Assembly (NCBI GenBank): GCA_035691205.1
Contig: DASSJM010000061.1
Span: forward strand, 15,932-79,931
From: Actinomycetota bacterium
Lineage (GTDB): Bacteria; Actinomycetota; UBA4738; HRBIN12
Length of the DNA: 64,000 nt
Reading direction: 5' to 3'
Part shown: positions 10,713-20,958 of the stretch, piece after piece
How the letters are laid out: each line of letters begins with the position of its first letter
How positions within the stretch are numbered: position 1 is the stretch's first letter
Translations under genes and position numbers: made by a program
The notes under the pieces: model-generated
What the model was told of the DNA's origin: nothing
Seen by the model: the letters and a program-made list of their open reading frames with translations, nothing else
Databases searched by the model: none

Positions 10713-11677
10713 GCGGGAAGAAGCGGCCACCACGACGGCCCGCGCAGGCCCGGCCCGTGCCCGCGAAGCGCGCCGAGCCGCCCGCCGAGCCTCGTCGCCC
10801 GTTCGGGAGCGCGCTCTTCGGCCAGGCGAGCTCGGTGATGCCTCCGATCGGGCGATCGCTCGGCCGCGGGCTGCTGACGATCGTGTCCTCGCCGGTGCTG
10901 GTGGTCGTCGCCCTCGTGCTGGTGCCGCTCGCTTGGTTCGGGTTGCTCGCGATCGGCTTCGAGGGCTCGCCGTCACGACTGGTGGACGTGCTCGCCCTGC
11001 CGCCGATCTCGACCTACTTCGACCTGGGAACCGCCGTGAGTATCGTGGGGTTCGGACCGGCGTTCCTGGTGTTCACGGGCGCGGCGATCCTGATCCGCAG
11101 CCTCGTCTACGCGGTGCTCACCGGCGTGATCCTCGAGGCGCTCGAGGACGGCCGCGTCAGCTCGTACGGCGTCCTGCGCGGCGTCGGCGCGATCCCCACC
11201 GTCGTGGTCGTGCAGGTCCTCTCCTTCTCCCTGATCGTCGTCGGGAACCTGATCTTCCCGATCCTGGGGCCCGGGCTCGGCTTCCTCGCGTTCGTCGCCG
11301 CGCTCGTGGCCGGGCTGTTCTTCCTCGGCTTCGCGCCCACGGCGGCGATCCGTCAGCGCCGCGGGATCACGGAGACCCTGCGCCGCTCCGGACGAGCCGC
11401 GATGCTCCCGGGGTCCCGACAGCTCCTGTTCTGCACCCTGTACTTCTTCGTCGCCCTGCCCGTGGTGGTCGGGTTCGCGCCAGGAGGGTCCGACGTCACC
11501 GCCAACCCGACGCTCGGGACCTGGATCTTCGCCCTCGCGGTGAACGTGCTGCACCTGGGTTTCATGGCGGCCCTGTCGTACCGCTGGATCGTGGCCGAGC
11601 CCTCGGTGCCGGACCAGCCGGTCCGACGTCGGAAGGCCGCGCGTCAGCCCTCGGCCCGTCCGCGCGGCCGGCGGTAG
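10709..11677 (+). CDS. Hypothetical polytopic membrane protein
   Basis: The 322-aa ORF has at least six predicted TM helices and strong third-position GC bias. A GTG start overlaps the upstream stop (GTGA). I recognised no motif. Confidence 0.5.
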   Translation: MSGKKRPPRRPAQARPVPAKRAEPPAEPRRPFGSALFGQASSVMPPIGRSLGRGLLTIVSSPVLVVVALVLVPLAWFGLLAIGFEGSPSRLVDVLALPPISTYFDLGTAVSIVGFGPAFLVFTGAAILIRSLVYAVLTGVILEALEDGRVSSYGVLRGVGAIPTVVVVQVLSFSLIVVGNLIFPILGPGLGFLAFVAALVAGLFFLGFAPTAAIRQRRGITETLRRSGRAAMLPGSRQLLFCTLYFFVALPVVVGFAPGGSDVTANPTLGTWIFALAVNVLHLGFMAALSYRWIVAEPSVPDQPVRRRKAARQPSARPRGRR

Positions 11678-11844
11678 GCGCGAGGCCCCGGGGGCCGCGG
11701 TGCATCGTCGCTGCTAGACTGCCCGCTCGCCGGCGCGGCTCGCGCCGAGCTCACACGCCCGGGGATCGCGCCCGGGGTCCCGGTCTTCGGCCGGGCCGGG
11801 CGCGAGATGAGACGGGCGGAGGACAACCGGAAGGAGGAAGCGCC

Positions 11845-12813
11845 GTGCCTGTCGTCACCAGGCGGGAGCTCCTCGAGGCAGGGGTCCACTTCGGGCACCA
11901 GACCAGGCGCTGGAACCCGAAGATGGGTCGGTACCTGTACGGGGAACGCTCCGGGATCTACATCATCGACCTCGAGAAGACCCTGACCGGGCTCGAGGAG
12001 GCGTACGCGTTCGCTCGCGATCTGGGCCGGAGGAGCGGGGTGGTCCTGTTCGTCGGGACCAAGAAGCAAGCCCAGGAGGTCATCACCGAGCACGCCGAGC
12101 GTGTCGGGATGCCCTCGGTCACCACGCGGTGGCTCGGCGGCATGCTCACCAACTTCCAGACGGTCTCGCGCCGGCTCCTGCGACTGCGCGAGCTCCGCGA
12201 GATGGAACGCACGGGCGCGTTCGACTTCCTCCCGAAGAAGGAGGCGATCCGGCTCCGGCACGAGAAGGAGAAGCTCGAGCGCAACCTCGGCGGGATGCAG
12301 AGCCTCGAGCGCCTGCCCGACGCGGTCTTCGTGATCGACACGAAGAAGGAGCAGATCGCGGTGAACGAGGCTCGCAAGCTGGGCCTGCCCGTCATCGCGA
12401 TCGTGGACACCAACTGCGATCCGGACGAGGTGGACTATGTGATCCCCGGCAACGACGACGCGATCCGTTCCGTCTCGCTCGTGACCCGGCTGATCGCCGA
12501 CGCGCTCCTGGAGGGTAAGCAGGTGGGCCGCGAGTCGATCGTCACCCGCGCCACCGGACCCGAGATCGAGCCCGAGCCCGAACCGGTGGCGGTTCCCGAG
12601 CCCGTGCCCGTCCCGTCTCCACCGGCCGACGGCGGCGGTCCGGCGACGCCGCCCACCACACCCGCCGACGTCCCGACCGCCGACGTCCCGACGCCCGAGG
12701 TCGTGACGCCCGAGGTCGTGACGCCCGAGGTCGTGACGCCCGAAGTCCCGACGCTCGAGGTCCCGACGCAGGCCGACGCAGGCGGGGACTCCATCGAGAA
12801 GGAAGAGGGTTGA
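11845..12813 (+). CDS. rpsB: 30S ribosomal protein S2 with C-terminal Pro/Glu/Val-rich repeat extension
   Basis: The N-terminus ([27 protein letters not shown]) is the canonical S2 N-terminus. The GTG start is preceded by AGGAGG. The roughly 90-aa C-terminal extension contains TPEVV repeats. Confidence 0.9.
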   Translation: MPVVTRRELLEAGVHFGHQTRRWNPKMGRYLYGERSGIYIIDLEKTLTGLEEAYAFARDLGRRSGVVLFVGTKKQAQEVITEHAERVGMPSVTTRWLGGMLTNFQTVSRRLLRLRELREMERTGAFDFLPKKEAIRLRHEKEKLERNLGGMQSLERLPDAVFVIDTKKEQIAVNEARKLGLPVIAIVDTNCDPDEVDYVIPGNDDAIRSVSLVTRLIADALLEGKQVGRESIVTRATGPEIEPEPEPVAVPEPVPVPSPPADGGGPATPPTTPADVPTADVPTPEVVTPEVVTPEVVTPEVPTLEVPTQADAGGDSIEKEEG

Positions 12814-13430
12814 GCACCGCCATGACGGAGATCTCTGCTGGTTTGGTGAAGGAGCTTCGTGAGCTGTCCGGGGCGGGGATGATGGACTGCAAGCGCGCCC
12901 TCCAGGAGACGGGCGGGGACGTGCAGAAGGCGTTCGAGCTGCTCCGGCAGAAGGGCATCGCCTCGGCCGCGAAGCGGGCCGGGCGCGTCGCCAACCAGGG
13001 GCTGATCGAGTCCTACATCCACTTCAACAACACCGTCGGCACGATCGTCGAGGTCAACTGCGAAACGGACTTCGTCGCGAACACGGAGGAGTTCAAGCGG
13101 CTGGCCAAGGACCTCGCGCTGCACATCGCGAGCCCCGCCGCCCCGCGATTCGTCTCGCGAGAGGAGGTCTCACCCGAGGAGCTCGGATCCGAGCGGCAGG
13201 TCTTCGAGGCGCAGGCCAGGGAGATGGGCAAGCCCGACAACGTGATCCCCAACATCGTCGAGGGCAAGATGCAGGCCTTCTACGAGCAGAACGTCCTGCT
13301 GGACCAGCCATTCGTCAAGGACGACTCGAAGACGATCCAGCAACTCCTCGACGAGGTTGGGGCCAAGGTCGGCGAGAAGGTGGCGGTCCGCCGCTTCGTG
13401 CGGTACAAGCTCGGCGAGGAGACCGGGTAG
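12810..13430 (+). CDS. tsf: Elongation factor Ts (short form)
   Basis: UBA-like N-terminus ([20 protein letters not shown]) and the EF-Ts core; it overlaps the rpsB stop. Confidence 0.9.
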   Translation: MSTAMTEISAGLVKELRELSGAGMMDCKRALQETGGDVQKAFELLRQKGIASAAKRAGRVANQGLIESYIHFNNTVGTIVEVNCETDFVANTEEFKRLAKDLALHIASPAAPRFVSREEVSPEELGSERQVFEAQAREMGKPDNVIPNIVEGKMQAFYEQNVLLDQPFVKDDSKTIQQLLDEVGAKVGEKVAVRRFVRYKLGEETG

Positions 13431-13439
13431 GGTACCGGC

Positions 13440-14192
13440 ATGCCGGAGGGCGACCAGACGCGCGAGGGCGAGGCACGGCCCCTGTACCACCGGGTCCTGC
13501 TGAAGCTCTCCGGCGATGCCTTCGCGCCCCCCGATACCGGGTACGGGATCTCGACGGATTCGACCGGGCTGCTCGCGCGAGAGCTCGCCGACGTGATCGA
13601 CCTCGGCGTGCAGTGTGCCGTCGTCGTGGGCGGGGGCAACATCTGGCGCGGCCGGCAGGCGCCGGGCATCGACCGAGCGCGGGCCGATTACATGGGGATG
13701 TTGGCCACCGTGATGAACGCGCTCGCCCTCCAGGACGCGCTCGAGAAGATCCACCTCCCGAGCCGCGTCCAGACCGCGATCCACATGGCGCAGGTCGCCG
13801 AGCCGTACATCCCGCTCCGCGCGATCCGCCACCTCGAGAAGGGGCGCGTCGTCGTGTTCGCGGCCGGGATGGGGGCGCCGTACTTCTCCACGGACACCAC
13901 CGCCGCCCAACGTGCGCTGGAGATCGGGGCGCAGGCCATCCTGAAGGGAACCAAGGTCGACGGCGTCTACACGGCCGACCCCCACGTCGATCCGACGGCG
14001 GAGCGCTTCGACTCGATCGAGTACCTGGACGTGCTGCGCGAGGGGTACCAGGTGATGGACGCGACGGCGATCAGCCTGTGCATGGAGAACCGGCTCCCCA
14101 TCATCGTCTTCGATTTCGCGCGCGAGGGGAACATCCGTCGGGCCGTGTCGGGCGAGCCGATCGGGACCCTGGTCCACGGAGGTGCCCGTTGA
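13440..14192 (+). CDS. pyrH: UMP kinase
   Basis: Motifs LLKLSGDAF...[10 protein letters not shown] and the usual position between tsf and frr. Confidence 0.9.
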   Translation: MPEGDQTREGEARPLYHRVLLKLSGDAFAPPDTGYGISTDSTGLLARELADVIDLGVQCAVVVGGGNIWRGRQAPGIDRARADYMGMLATVMNALALQDALEKIHLPSRVQTAIHMAQVAEPYIPLRAIRHLEKGRVVVFAAGMGAPYFSTDTTAAQRALEIGAQAILKGTKVDGVYTADPHVDPTAERFDSIEYLDVLREGYQVMDATAISLCMENRLPIIVFDFAREGNIRRAVSGEPIGTLVHGGAR

Positions 14193-14749
14193 CGGTGGAG
14201 ACCGCCCTCGCGGCGGCGGCGGAGAAGATGGACAAGGCGATCGGCGTCCTCAAGGACGAGCTGGGCGGGATCCGGACCGGCCGCGCCACGCCGGCGCTCC
14301 TTTCCCGGATCGTCGTCGACTACTACGGGACCCAGGTGCCGATCCAGCAGCTCGCATCGTTCTCGGTGCCCGAGCCGCGCACGCTGATGATCTCGCCGTT
14401 CGACAAGAACGCGATCGCCGCGATGGAGAAGGCGATCATGGCGAGCGACCTTGGCATCACGCCCGGGAACGACGGCGCCGTGATCCGGCTGTCGTTCCCC
14501 GCGCTCACCGAGGATCGCCGCAAGGAGCTCATCAAGGTCGTCCACCATCGGGGCGAAGAGGCACGCGTTGCGGTTCGGAACATCCGCCGGCACTCCAAGG
14601 ACGAGCTCGAGGGACTTGAGCGCGAGGGCGGCATCTCGGAAGATGACCTCGTGCGCTCCGAGAAGGAGCTCCAGAAGCTGACGGACAAGCACGTCGCCGA
14701 GATCGACGAGGTCGTGGCGCACAAGGACGCAGAGCTCAAGGAGATCTGA
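14189..14749 (+). CDS. frr: Ribosome recycling factor
   Basis: Frr signature (...[20 protein letters not shown]...). The start is a TTG at 14189 overlapping the pyrH stop; an in-frame GTG at 14195 is an alternative. Confidence 0.85.
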   Translation: MTVETALAAAAEKMDKAIGVLKDELGGIRTGRATPALLSRIVVDYYGTQVPIQQLASFSVPEPRTLMISPFDKNAIAAMEKAIMASDLGITPGNDGAVIRLSFPALTEDRRKELIKVVHHRGEEARVAVRNIRRHSKDELEGLEREGGISEDDLVRSEKELQKLTDKHVAEIDEVVAHKDAELKEI

Positions 14750-14751
14750 TC

Positions 14752-16272
14752 GTGCCCGACGACGAGGAGCGGAACGAGGGCGAGGAGCTCTTCGAGGACC
14801 TCGACAAGTTCTTCGCGCCGATCCAGGACGTCGACTGGCCCGAGGGCGCGCCGACCCGTCCCGCCGAACCGGCCCCCGCGCCACCGGCCGCCGCGCCGCC
14901 AGAGCGCGAACCCGAGCCCGAGCCGGCCCCCGAGCCCGTCGTCGAGCCGTTCGAGGAGGAGGTCTCCGAGGAGGCCCTGCCGGCTGCGCCCGCACCGTGG
15001 GAGGCCGAGGCGACGCGGGAAGAGGAGCAGGCGACCGACGCCGGCGTGGGGTCGTTCCTGTTCGAGGCGGAGGCCGAGGAGTACGAGGGGCTCGAGGGGG
15101 AGGCGGTGCGGATCGAGGCCGTCCCCGCCGGGCAGGCCGGTGGCGAGGACGAGGGCGTCGCCGAGCTCATCGAGGAGGCCGAGCCCGCGATCGAGGAGGC
15201 ACCCGACCTCGAGGCCGTGGAGGCCGCGGCCGAGCACTTCGCCGGCTCGATCCGCGAGGAGACCGGGCTCGAGGGGGAGGCGCCGGTCGCACCGGCGACG
15301 GAGGAGATCGCTATCGCGCAGCTGCTCGGGGAGGAGGGCGAGGGCGCGCCCGGCGAGCCCGAAGGGGCCAGGGCCGTCCGGGTCGGGGCCGAGGGTCTCG
15401 GCGGCCCGAGCTGGCAGGAGCCGACCGCGCTCGAGGTGGGCGCGGAGCAGGAGGGCCGAGGGCCGCGCGAGATGCCCACCCGCTTCCTCACGGGCATCGT
15501 CCTGGCGGGGCTCGCGATCGGCGCGATCTTGCTCGGGGAGGGCGCCTTCGCGATCTTCGCGGGCCTCGTCGTGCTGTTCGCGCAGGGGGAGCTCTACCTC
15601 GCGCTGCAGAAGCACCACTTCCAGCCGGCGACCGCCCTCGGGCTTGTGGCCGGCGCGCTGATCCTGGGGGCCGGGTACTACCGGGGCGAGGGCGCGATGC
15701 TGGCCGTGACCGCGCTCGCGACGTTCGCCACGTTCCTCTGGTACATGACGGTGCCGCCGCAGCACCGACGGAACATCGTGAGCAACGTGGCGCTGACGGT
15801 GCTGGGGATCGCGTACATCCCGCTCCTGGCCGCGTACGCGCTCGCCGTGCTGAAGCTGCCCGACGGCCAGGGGCTGGCGGTCGCCATCATCGGCCTCACC
15901 TTCGTCTACGACACCGCCGCCTTCGGGGTCGGGTACTTCTGGGGGAGCCGCCCGCTCGCCCCGAACGTGAGCCCGAAGAAGTCGTGGGAGGGCGCGATCG
16001 GCGCGACGCTCGTCACGATCGCGGTCGCGGTCGGCGTGGTCGCCCCCTCGGTCACGCTGCTCGACACGGTCGGACGCTCCGTGGGGCTGGCGCTCGTGGT
16101 CGCCATCTTCGCACCGCTCGGGGACCTGGCCGAGTCGCTGTTGAAGCGGGATCTGGGGATCAAGGACATGGGTGGCGTGCTGCCCGGTCACGGCGGGGTG
16201 CTGGATCGCATCGACTCGGTCCTGTTCGTCGCCCCGGCGGCCTTCCTCTACCTCCGGCTCATCCTGCTCTGA
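14752..16272 (+). CDS. cdsA: Phosphatidate cytidylyltransferase CdsA with a roughly 240-aa acidic low-complexity N-terminal extension
   Basis: The C-terminal 266 aa carry the CdsA signature (SWEGAIGA...GDLAESLLKRDLGIKDMGGVLPGHGGVLDRIDS). The N-terminal region is E/A/P-rich and in frame from a GTG at 14752. Confidence 0.8.
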   Translation: MPDDEERNEGEELFEDLDKFFAPIQDVDWPEGAPTRPAEPAPAPPAAAPPEREPEPEPAPEPVVEPFEEEVSEEALPAAPAPWEAEATREEEQATDAGVGSFLFEAEAEEYEGLEGEAVRIEAVPAGQAGGEDEGVAELIEEAEPAIEEAPDLEAVEAAAEHFAGSIREETGLEGEAPVAPATEEIAIAQLLGEEGEGAPGEPEGARAVRVGAEGLGGPSWQEPTALEVGAEQEGRGPREMPTRFLTGIVLAGLAIGAILLGEGAFAIFAGLVVLFAQGELYLALQKHHFQPATALGLVAGALILGAGYYRGEGAMLAVTALATFATFLWYMTVPPQHRRNIVSNVALTVLGIAYIPLLAAYALAVLKLPDGQGLAVAIIGLTFVYDTAAFGVGYFWGSRPLAPNVSPKKSWEGAIGATLVTIAVAVGVVAPSVTLLDTVGRSVGLALVVAIFAPLGDLAESLLKRDLGIKDMGGVLPGHGGVLDRIDSVLFVAPAAFLYLRLILL

Positions 16273-16330
16273 CCGCGAGGTCCGTCGGCCGTCCCCGGTT
16301 CTCCCGGCCGTCGGGGTACTCTTGATTCCG

Positions 16331-17488
16331 ATGCGCTCGCTGGTGATCCTCGGGTCGACGGGATCGGTGGGGACGCAGGCGCTCGACGTCGTGCGTCGCA
16401 ACCCCGACCGGTTCAAGGTCGTCGGCCTGTCCGCTGGGACCAACCAGGAGCTGCTGGTCGGCCAGGTCCGCGAGTTCCTGCCGGCGGACGTCGCGATCGC
16501 CGACGAGGAGGCGGCCGCCGACCTGCGCGAGAAGCTCGCCGGCATCCGAGGCGTGCAGATCCATTCGGGTCCCCAGGCCGCGGAGATGCTCGCCCGCGAC
16601 GCCGAGGCGGACATGGTCCTGAACGCCCTCGTTGGTTCGGCCGGATTGGCGCCGACCCTCGCGACGCTGCAGGCGGGCAAGACCCTCGCCCTGGCCAACA
16701 AGGAGAGCCTGGTCGTCGGCGGCGAGCTCGTGCTGGACCTCATCAAGGGCGAACCCGAGCGGCTCATCCCGGTGGACTCCGAGCATGCCGCCCTCGCGCA
16801 GTGCCTGCGCGGGGAGCGGCGCGAGGACGTGAAGCGCGTGATCCTCACGGGGTCTGGCGGGCCGTTCCGCGGGTGGACGCACGGCGAGCTCGCGAAGGCA
16901 TCCGTGAAGGAGGCGCTGGCGCATCCCGTCTGGCAGATGGGTCCGAAGATCACGATCGACTCGGCCACCCTGATGAACAAGGGGCTCGAGGTGATCGAGG
17001 CGCACTACCTGTTCGCGCTGGAGTACTCGCAGATCCACGTGGTCATCCATCCCCAGGGCATCGTCCACGCGCTGGCCGAGTTCCGCGACGGCTCCATCAC
17101 CGCCCAGTTCGCGGTGCCCGACATGAAGCTGCCGATCCAGCTGGCGCTCGCCTGGCCCGAGCGGCTCCCGGCCGGCGTCGGCCCGGTGCCGCTCGCCGAC
17201 AGCCGGCTGACGTTCGAGCCGGTGGATCGCGAGGCGTTCCCGGCGATCGACCTCGCGTACCGGGTCGGCGAGATGGGCCTCACCTTCCCCGCGGTCATGA
17301 GCGCGGCCAACGAGGTCGCGGTCATGGCCTTCCTCGAGGGCAAGATCGCGCTCACCGGGATCGTCGAGGTCGTCTCGACGGTCGTGGACGAGCACGAGGC
17401 GCCCTCCTCGGTGGTCTCGGTGGTGAACCTCGAGCGGGCCGACGCGTGGGCTCGCCGTCGTGCCGCCGAGCTCATCGAGGCGCGGTAG
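16331..17488 (+). CDS. dxr: 1-deoxy-D-xylulose 5-phosphate reductoisomerase
   Basis: Motifs LVILGSTGSVGTQALDV...LANKESLV...; I took the internal ATG at 16331. Confidence 0.9.
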   Translation: MRSLVILGSTGSVGTQALDVVRRNPDRFKVVGLSAGTNQELLVGQVREFLPADVAIADEEAAADLREKLAGIRGVQIHSGPQAAEMLARDAEADMVLNALVGSAGLAPTLATLQAGKTLALANKESLVVGGELVLDLIKGEPERLIPVDSEHAALAQCLRGERREDVKRVILTGSGGPFRGWTHGELAKASVKEALAHPVWQMGPKITIDSATLMNKGLEVIEAHYLFALEYSQIHVVIHPQGIVHALAEFRDGSITAQFAVPDMKLPIQLALAWPERLPAGVGPVPLADSRLTFEPVDREAFPAIDLAYRVGEMGLTFPAVMSAANEVAVMAFLEGKIALTGIVEVVSTVVDEHEAPSSVVSVVNLERADAWARRRAAELIEAR

Positions 17489-17497
17489 GGACCCACG

Positions 17498-18646
17498 ATG
17501 GCCGGACTCGGCATCGGCGCGTTCATCGTCGTCCTGATCCTCGTGATCGTGGTCCACGAGGCAGCGCACTTCGGCGTGGCGCGACTGTTCGACATCAAGG
17601 TGACGGAGTTCTTCGTCGGCTTCGGGCCGAAGCTCTGGTCCCGCATGCGCGGGGAGACGGAGGTCGGCGTCAAGGCGATCGTCGCCGGCGGCTACGTGAA
17701 GATCGCCGGGATGAACCCGTACGAGACGATCGCGCCGGAGGATCTGCCGAGGACCTTCGGTGCCAAGCCCATCTGGCAGCGGGCGCTCGTGATCGGGGCC
17801 GGTCCGGCCACGCACTTCGCCCTCGCGTTCGTCTTCTTCGCCCTGTGGCTTGGGCTCGTGGGCGAGCCGACGGACGCCAAGCCCGTGCTGAGCGACGTGT
17901 GCGCGAGGATCGGCGGGACGCCGGTCTCGGGCGAGGATTGCACGACGATCGGCGGCGTGCCCGGGCCGGCGTTCGAGGCGGGGCTCGTTCCGGGCGATGA
18001 GATCGCCGCGATCGGCGGGGTCGAGCGCCCCACCGGGGACGAGATCATCGCCGTGACCCAGGACAACGTGGGTCGCCCGCTCGCGGTGACCGTCCTGCGG
18101 GACGGGCAAGAGGTCTCGGTGACCGTGGTCCCGGTCCTGGTCGAGGAGGACGGCGAGGCGACAGCGCGGCTGGGCGTGGTCCTGTCGCCGGGACGCCAGA
18201 CCGTCGGGCCGGTGGGCGCCGTGACGGGCGGCGTGGACCTCGTCTGGGACAACCTCGTGGGGACCGTGCGAGGCGTGGCGCGGATCTTCGGGCCGGAGGG
18301 GATCGGCCGGCTGTTCGAGCTGGTGTTCACCGACGAGCCCCGCGCCCCGGAGGACCCCGCGAGCGTCGTGGGGGTGGGGGCGGTCGCGGGGAACATCGCC
18401 TCCGAGGGCCGATTCGGGGACCTGCTCGTCCTGTTCGGCCTGGTGAACGTCTTCGTCGGGTTCCTGAACCTGCTCCCGCTCCCACCCTTCGACGGTGGGC
18501 ATCTCGCGGTCCTCGTGATCGAGAAGATCCGGCATCGGCCGGTGGACATGCGCCGGGTCGCCCCGATCTCGGCGGCGGTCGCCGCCTTCTTCATCCTGTT
18601 CACGCTCGCGGTGGTCTACGTCGACCTCGTGAAGCCACCCGTCTAG
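17498..18646 (+). CDS. rseP: M50 family site-2 protease (RseP/Rip1-like zinc metalloprotease)
   Basis: The HEAAH motif sits in the first TM helix, and the LDG motif (NLLPLPPFDGGH) follows a PDZ-like insert. It is conserved downstream of dxr. Confidence 0.85.
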   Translation: MAGLGIGAFIVVLILVIVVHEAAHFGVARLFDIKVTEFFVGFGPKLWSRMRGETEVGVKAIVAGGYVKIAGMNPYETIAPEDLPRTFGAKPIWQRALVIGAGPATHFALAFVFFALWLGLVGEPTDAKPVLSDVCARIGGTPVSGEDCTTIGGVPGPAFEAGLVPGDEIAAIGGVERPTGDEIIAVTQDNVGRPLAVTVLRDGQEVSVTVVPVLVEEDGEATARLGVVLSPGRQTVGPVGAVTGGVDLVWDNLVGTVRGVARIFGPEGIGRLFELVFTDEPRAPEDPASVVGVGAVAGNIASEGRFGDLLVLFGLVNVFVGFLNLLPLPPFDGGHLAVLVIEKIRHRPVDMRRVAPISAAVAAFFILFTLAVVYVDLVKPPV

Positions 18647-18719
18647 CGGCTCGACGCCTGCGCCGCCGCCACGATTTCTCAACACCTGGTCCGGAGGGCC
18701 TCCACGGCCTGCGGATACG

Positions 18720-19427
18720 ATGGGCGCCGTGACCGAGCAGACCGTTCTGGTCGTCGACGACGAGGCCGCGATCGCCGAGGCGGTCCGCGCACGGCTCTCC
18801 AGCGAGGGGTACCGGGTGCTGGTCGCCGGGGACGGCCCGCAGGCCCTGGAGGTCGCCGACGCCGAGCATCCGGACCTGGTGGTCCTCGACCTGATGCTCC
18901 CGGGCATGGACGGGCTGGAGGTCTGCAAGCGCCTCCAGCACGACCGGTGGGTTCCCGTCCTGATGCTCACGGCACGGACGGAGGAGGCCGACAAGGTGGC
19001 CGGGTTCGCGGTCGGCGCGGACGACTACCTGACGAAGCCGTTCAGCCTGCGCGAGCTCGCCGTCCGCGTGCGGGCGATCCTACGGCGCGTCGAGCGCGTC
19101 GCCTCCGGCTCGCCGAGCGAGCCGATCGTCCGAGGCGGCCTGACCGTGGATCCCGCCCGCCGGCGGCTCTCGGTGGACGGGGCCGAGGTCCAGCTCACGC
19201 CGCTCGAGTTCGACATCCTGCTGGCGCTCGCCCGCGACCCGGGCGTGGTGTTCACCCGTGAGCAGCTCATGGATCGCGTCTGGGGCTACCGCGACTATGC
19301 GGGCGGCCGGGTGGTGGACTCGCACGTCGCGAGGATCCGGCGCAAGCTGGGTGAGGACGGCGCCGAGCCGCGGTTCATCCGGACCGTGCACGGGGTCGGC
19401 TACGCCTTCCGGGACGACGCCCGATGA
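18720..19427 (+). CDS. OmpR-family response regulator
   Basis: Receiver domain (VLVVDDE...DLVVLDLMLPGMDG...) plus a winged-helix DNA-binding domain (LTPLEFDILLALA...GVGYAF). Confidence 0.85.
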   Translation: MGAVTEQTVLVVDDEAAIAEAVRARLSSEGYRVLVAGDGPQALEVADAEHPDLVVLDLMLPGMDGLEVCKRLQHDRWVPVLMLTARTEEADKVAGFAVGADDYLTKPFSLRELAVRVRAILRRVERVASGSPSEPIVRGGLTVDPARRRLSVDGAEVQLTPLEFDILLALARDPGVVFTREQLMDRVWGYRDYAGGRVVDSHVARIRRKLGEDGAEPRFIRTVHGVGYAFRDDAR

Positions 19428-20494
19428 GGTCACTGCAGCGGCTGCCAACGATCCGGGCCAAGCTCGGCTCGGTGATCGTGTTCGCGGTCGGCATGACGAT
19501 CTTGCTGGTGTACCTGATCCTCGGACTCGGGTTCCGGGTGTTCGACGTCGGGGACCACTGGTGGGAGCTGGCGCTCGCCGGCGCGCTCGGCGCGGGGATC
19601 GCCCTGTTGATCGCGCGGTGGGTCGCACGAGGGATGACCCAGCCCCTGCGTGACATGGCGCAGGCGGCGCGTCGCATGGAGACGGGCGACTACACCCAAC
19701 GTGTGCGCACGGACTCGGTGGACGAGGTCGGCCAGCTCGCCCACGCGTTCAACCGGATGAGCGCCGAGCTCGAGAGCCTCGAGCAGCTCCGTCGCGACCT
19801 GGTCGCGAACGTCTCGCACGAGCTGAAGACGCCGATCTCGGCGCTGCGCGCCCACCTGGAGAACCTGCTCGACGGCGTCGAGCGTCCGGACCCCGAGACC
19901 CTGCAGGTGATGCTCGCCCAATCCGAGCGCCTCGGCCGCCTGGTGGACCAGCTGCTGGACCTGTCGCGGCTGGAGTCCGGCGACGTGCCGCTCGAGCCGG
20001 TGCCCGTAGAGCTGGCGCCGCTCGTCTCGCAGGTGCTCTCGGAGATCGAGGTTGCGCGGTCCGATCGAGGCGTCGACCTGGACGATCGCGTACCCGACGA
20101 CCTGCCGCCCGTGCTCGCGGACCGGGAGCGCGTGCACCAGGTCCTGTTCAACCTGCTCGACAACGCCGTGCGATTCACGCCGGCGGGAGGGCGCGTCACC
20201 GTGACGGCCTCGCGCCACAACGGCTCGGTCGACGTCGAGGTCGCGGACACGGGACCGGGGATCGCGCCCGAGCACCTGGCCCGCGTGTTCGAGCGCTTCT
20301 TCCGCGTCGACGAGGCCCGCTCCCGCGACGAGGGGGGAACCGGCATCGGCCTCGCGATCGCGCGATCGGTCGTCGAGGCACACGGAGGACGCATCTGGGC
20401 CGAGAGCGAGCCCGGCCGCGGCAGCACGTTCACGTTCGAGCTCCCGGCCGCGCCCGCGGTGGGGGGGTACGACCCGACCAGGAGGAACCGATGA
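19424..20494 (+). CDS. Sensor histidine kinase (TM, HAMP, HisKA, HATPase_c)
   Basis: The H-box (VSHELKTPISAL), N box, G1 and G2 motifs (DTGPGIAPEHLARVFERFFRVD...GGTGIGLAIARS); it overlaps the response-regulator stop (ATGA). Confidence 0.85.
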   Translation: MRSLQRLPTIRAKLGSVIVFAVGMTILLVYLILGLGFRVFDVGDHWWELALAGALGAGIALLIARWVARGMTQPLRDMAQAARRMETGDYTQRVRTDSVDEVGQLAHAFNRMSAELESLEQLRRDLVANVSHELKTPISALRAHLENLLDGVERPDPETLQVMLAQSERLGRLVDQLLDLSRLESGDVPLEPVPVELAPLVSQVLSEIEVARSDRGVDLDDRVPDDLPPVLADRERVHQVLFNLLDNAVRFTPAGGRVTVTASRHNGSVDVEVADTGPGIAPEHLARVFERFFRVDEARSRDEGGTGIGLAIARSVVEAHGGRIWAESEPGRGSTFTFELPAAPAVGGYDPTRRNR

Positions 20495-20940
20495 GATCGG
20501 TCACGACCACGATCGAGGTCGCCGCAACCGCGCGGTACACGTACCTCGACCTTACCGAGGAGCTGGAGCGAGCCATCAAGGACTCGGGGGTGACCGACGG
20601 GGCCGCGATCGTGTTCTGCGCGCACACGACATGCGCCCTGCTGATCAACGAGTGGGAGGACGGGGCGCTCGAGGACTTCCGGAACCGCATGATCCATCTG
20701 GTGCCCGACGACGTCTACTACGCGCACGACGACCTCGTGCGTCGGACCCAGAACCTGGACGAGTCCCACGAGCGTCGGAACGGGCCCGCGCACGTGAAGG
20801 CGATGGTCCTTTCGGCGTCCTCGCACGCGATCCCGGTGGTCGACGGCGAACCGATGCTCGGCCGCTGGCAGCGCCTGATCCTGTTCGAGATGGACGAGCC
20901 CAAAGGCCGTCAGGTCGCGTTCCACGTGTTCGGCGAGTAG
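20491..20940 (+). CDS. YjbQ/UPF0047 family protein (secondary thiamine-phosphate synthase-like)
   Basis: 149 aa with a YjbQ-like core (TTCALLINEWEDGAL...NGPAHVKAMVLSASSHAIPVVDGEPMLGRWQRLILFEMD); it overlaps the histidine-kinase stop. Confidence 0.75.
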   Translation: MRSVTTTIEVAATARYTYLDLTEELERAIKDSGVTDGAAIVFCAHTTCALLINEWEDGALEDFRNRMIHLVPDDVYYAHDDLVRRTQNLDESHERRNGPAHVKAMVLSASSHAIPVVDGEPMLGRWQRLILFEMDEPKGRQVAFHVFGE

Positions 20941-20958
20941 CTGGGACACTTCCCCGGG

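Noticed and set aside
16259-18994. 911-aa minus-strand ORF antisense to dxr/rseP; similar very long antisense ORFs at 31567-34569 (1000 aa), 2247-4622 and 43749-45755
   Set aside because: They lie antisense to well-supported conserved genes. Their translations are Arg/Gly/Pro-rich low-complexity sequence, as expected where a GC-rich reverse frame lacks stops. They contain no recognisable domains.
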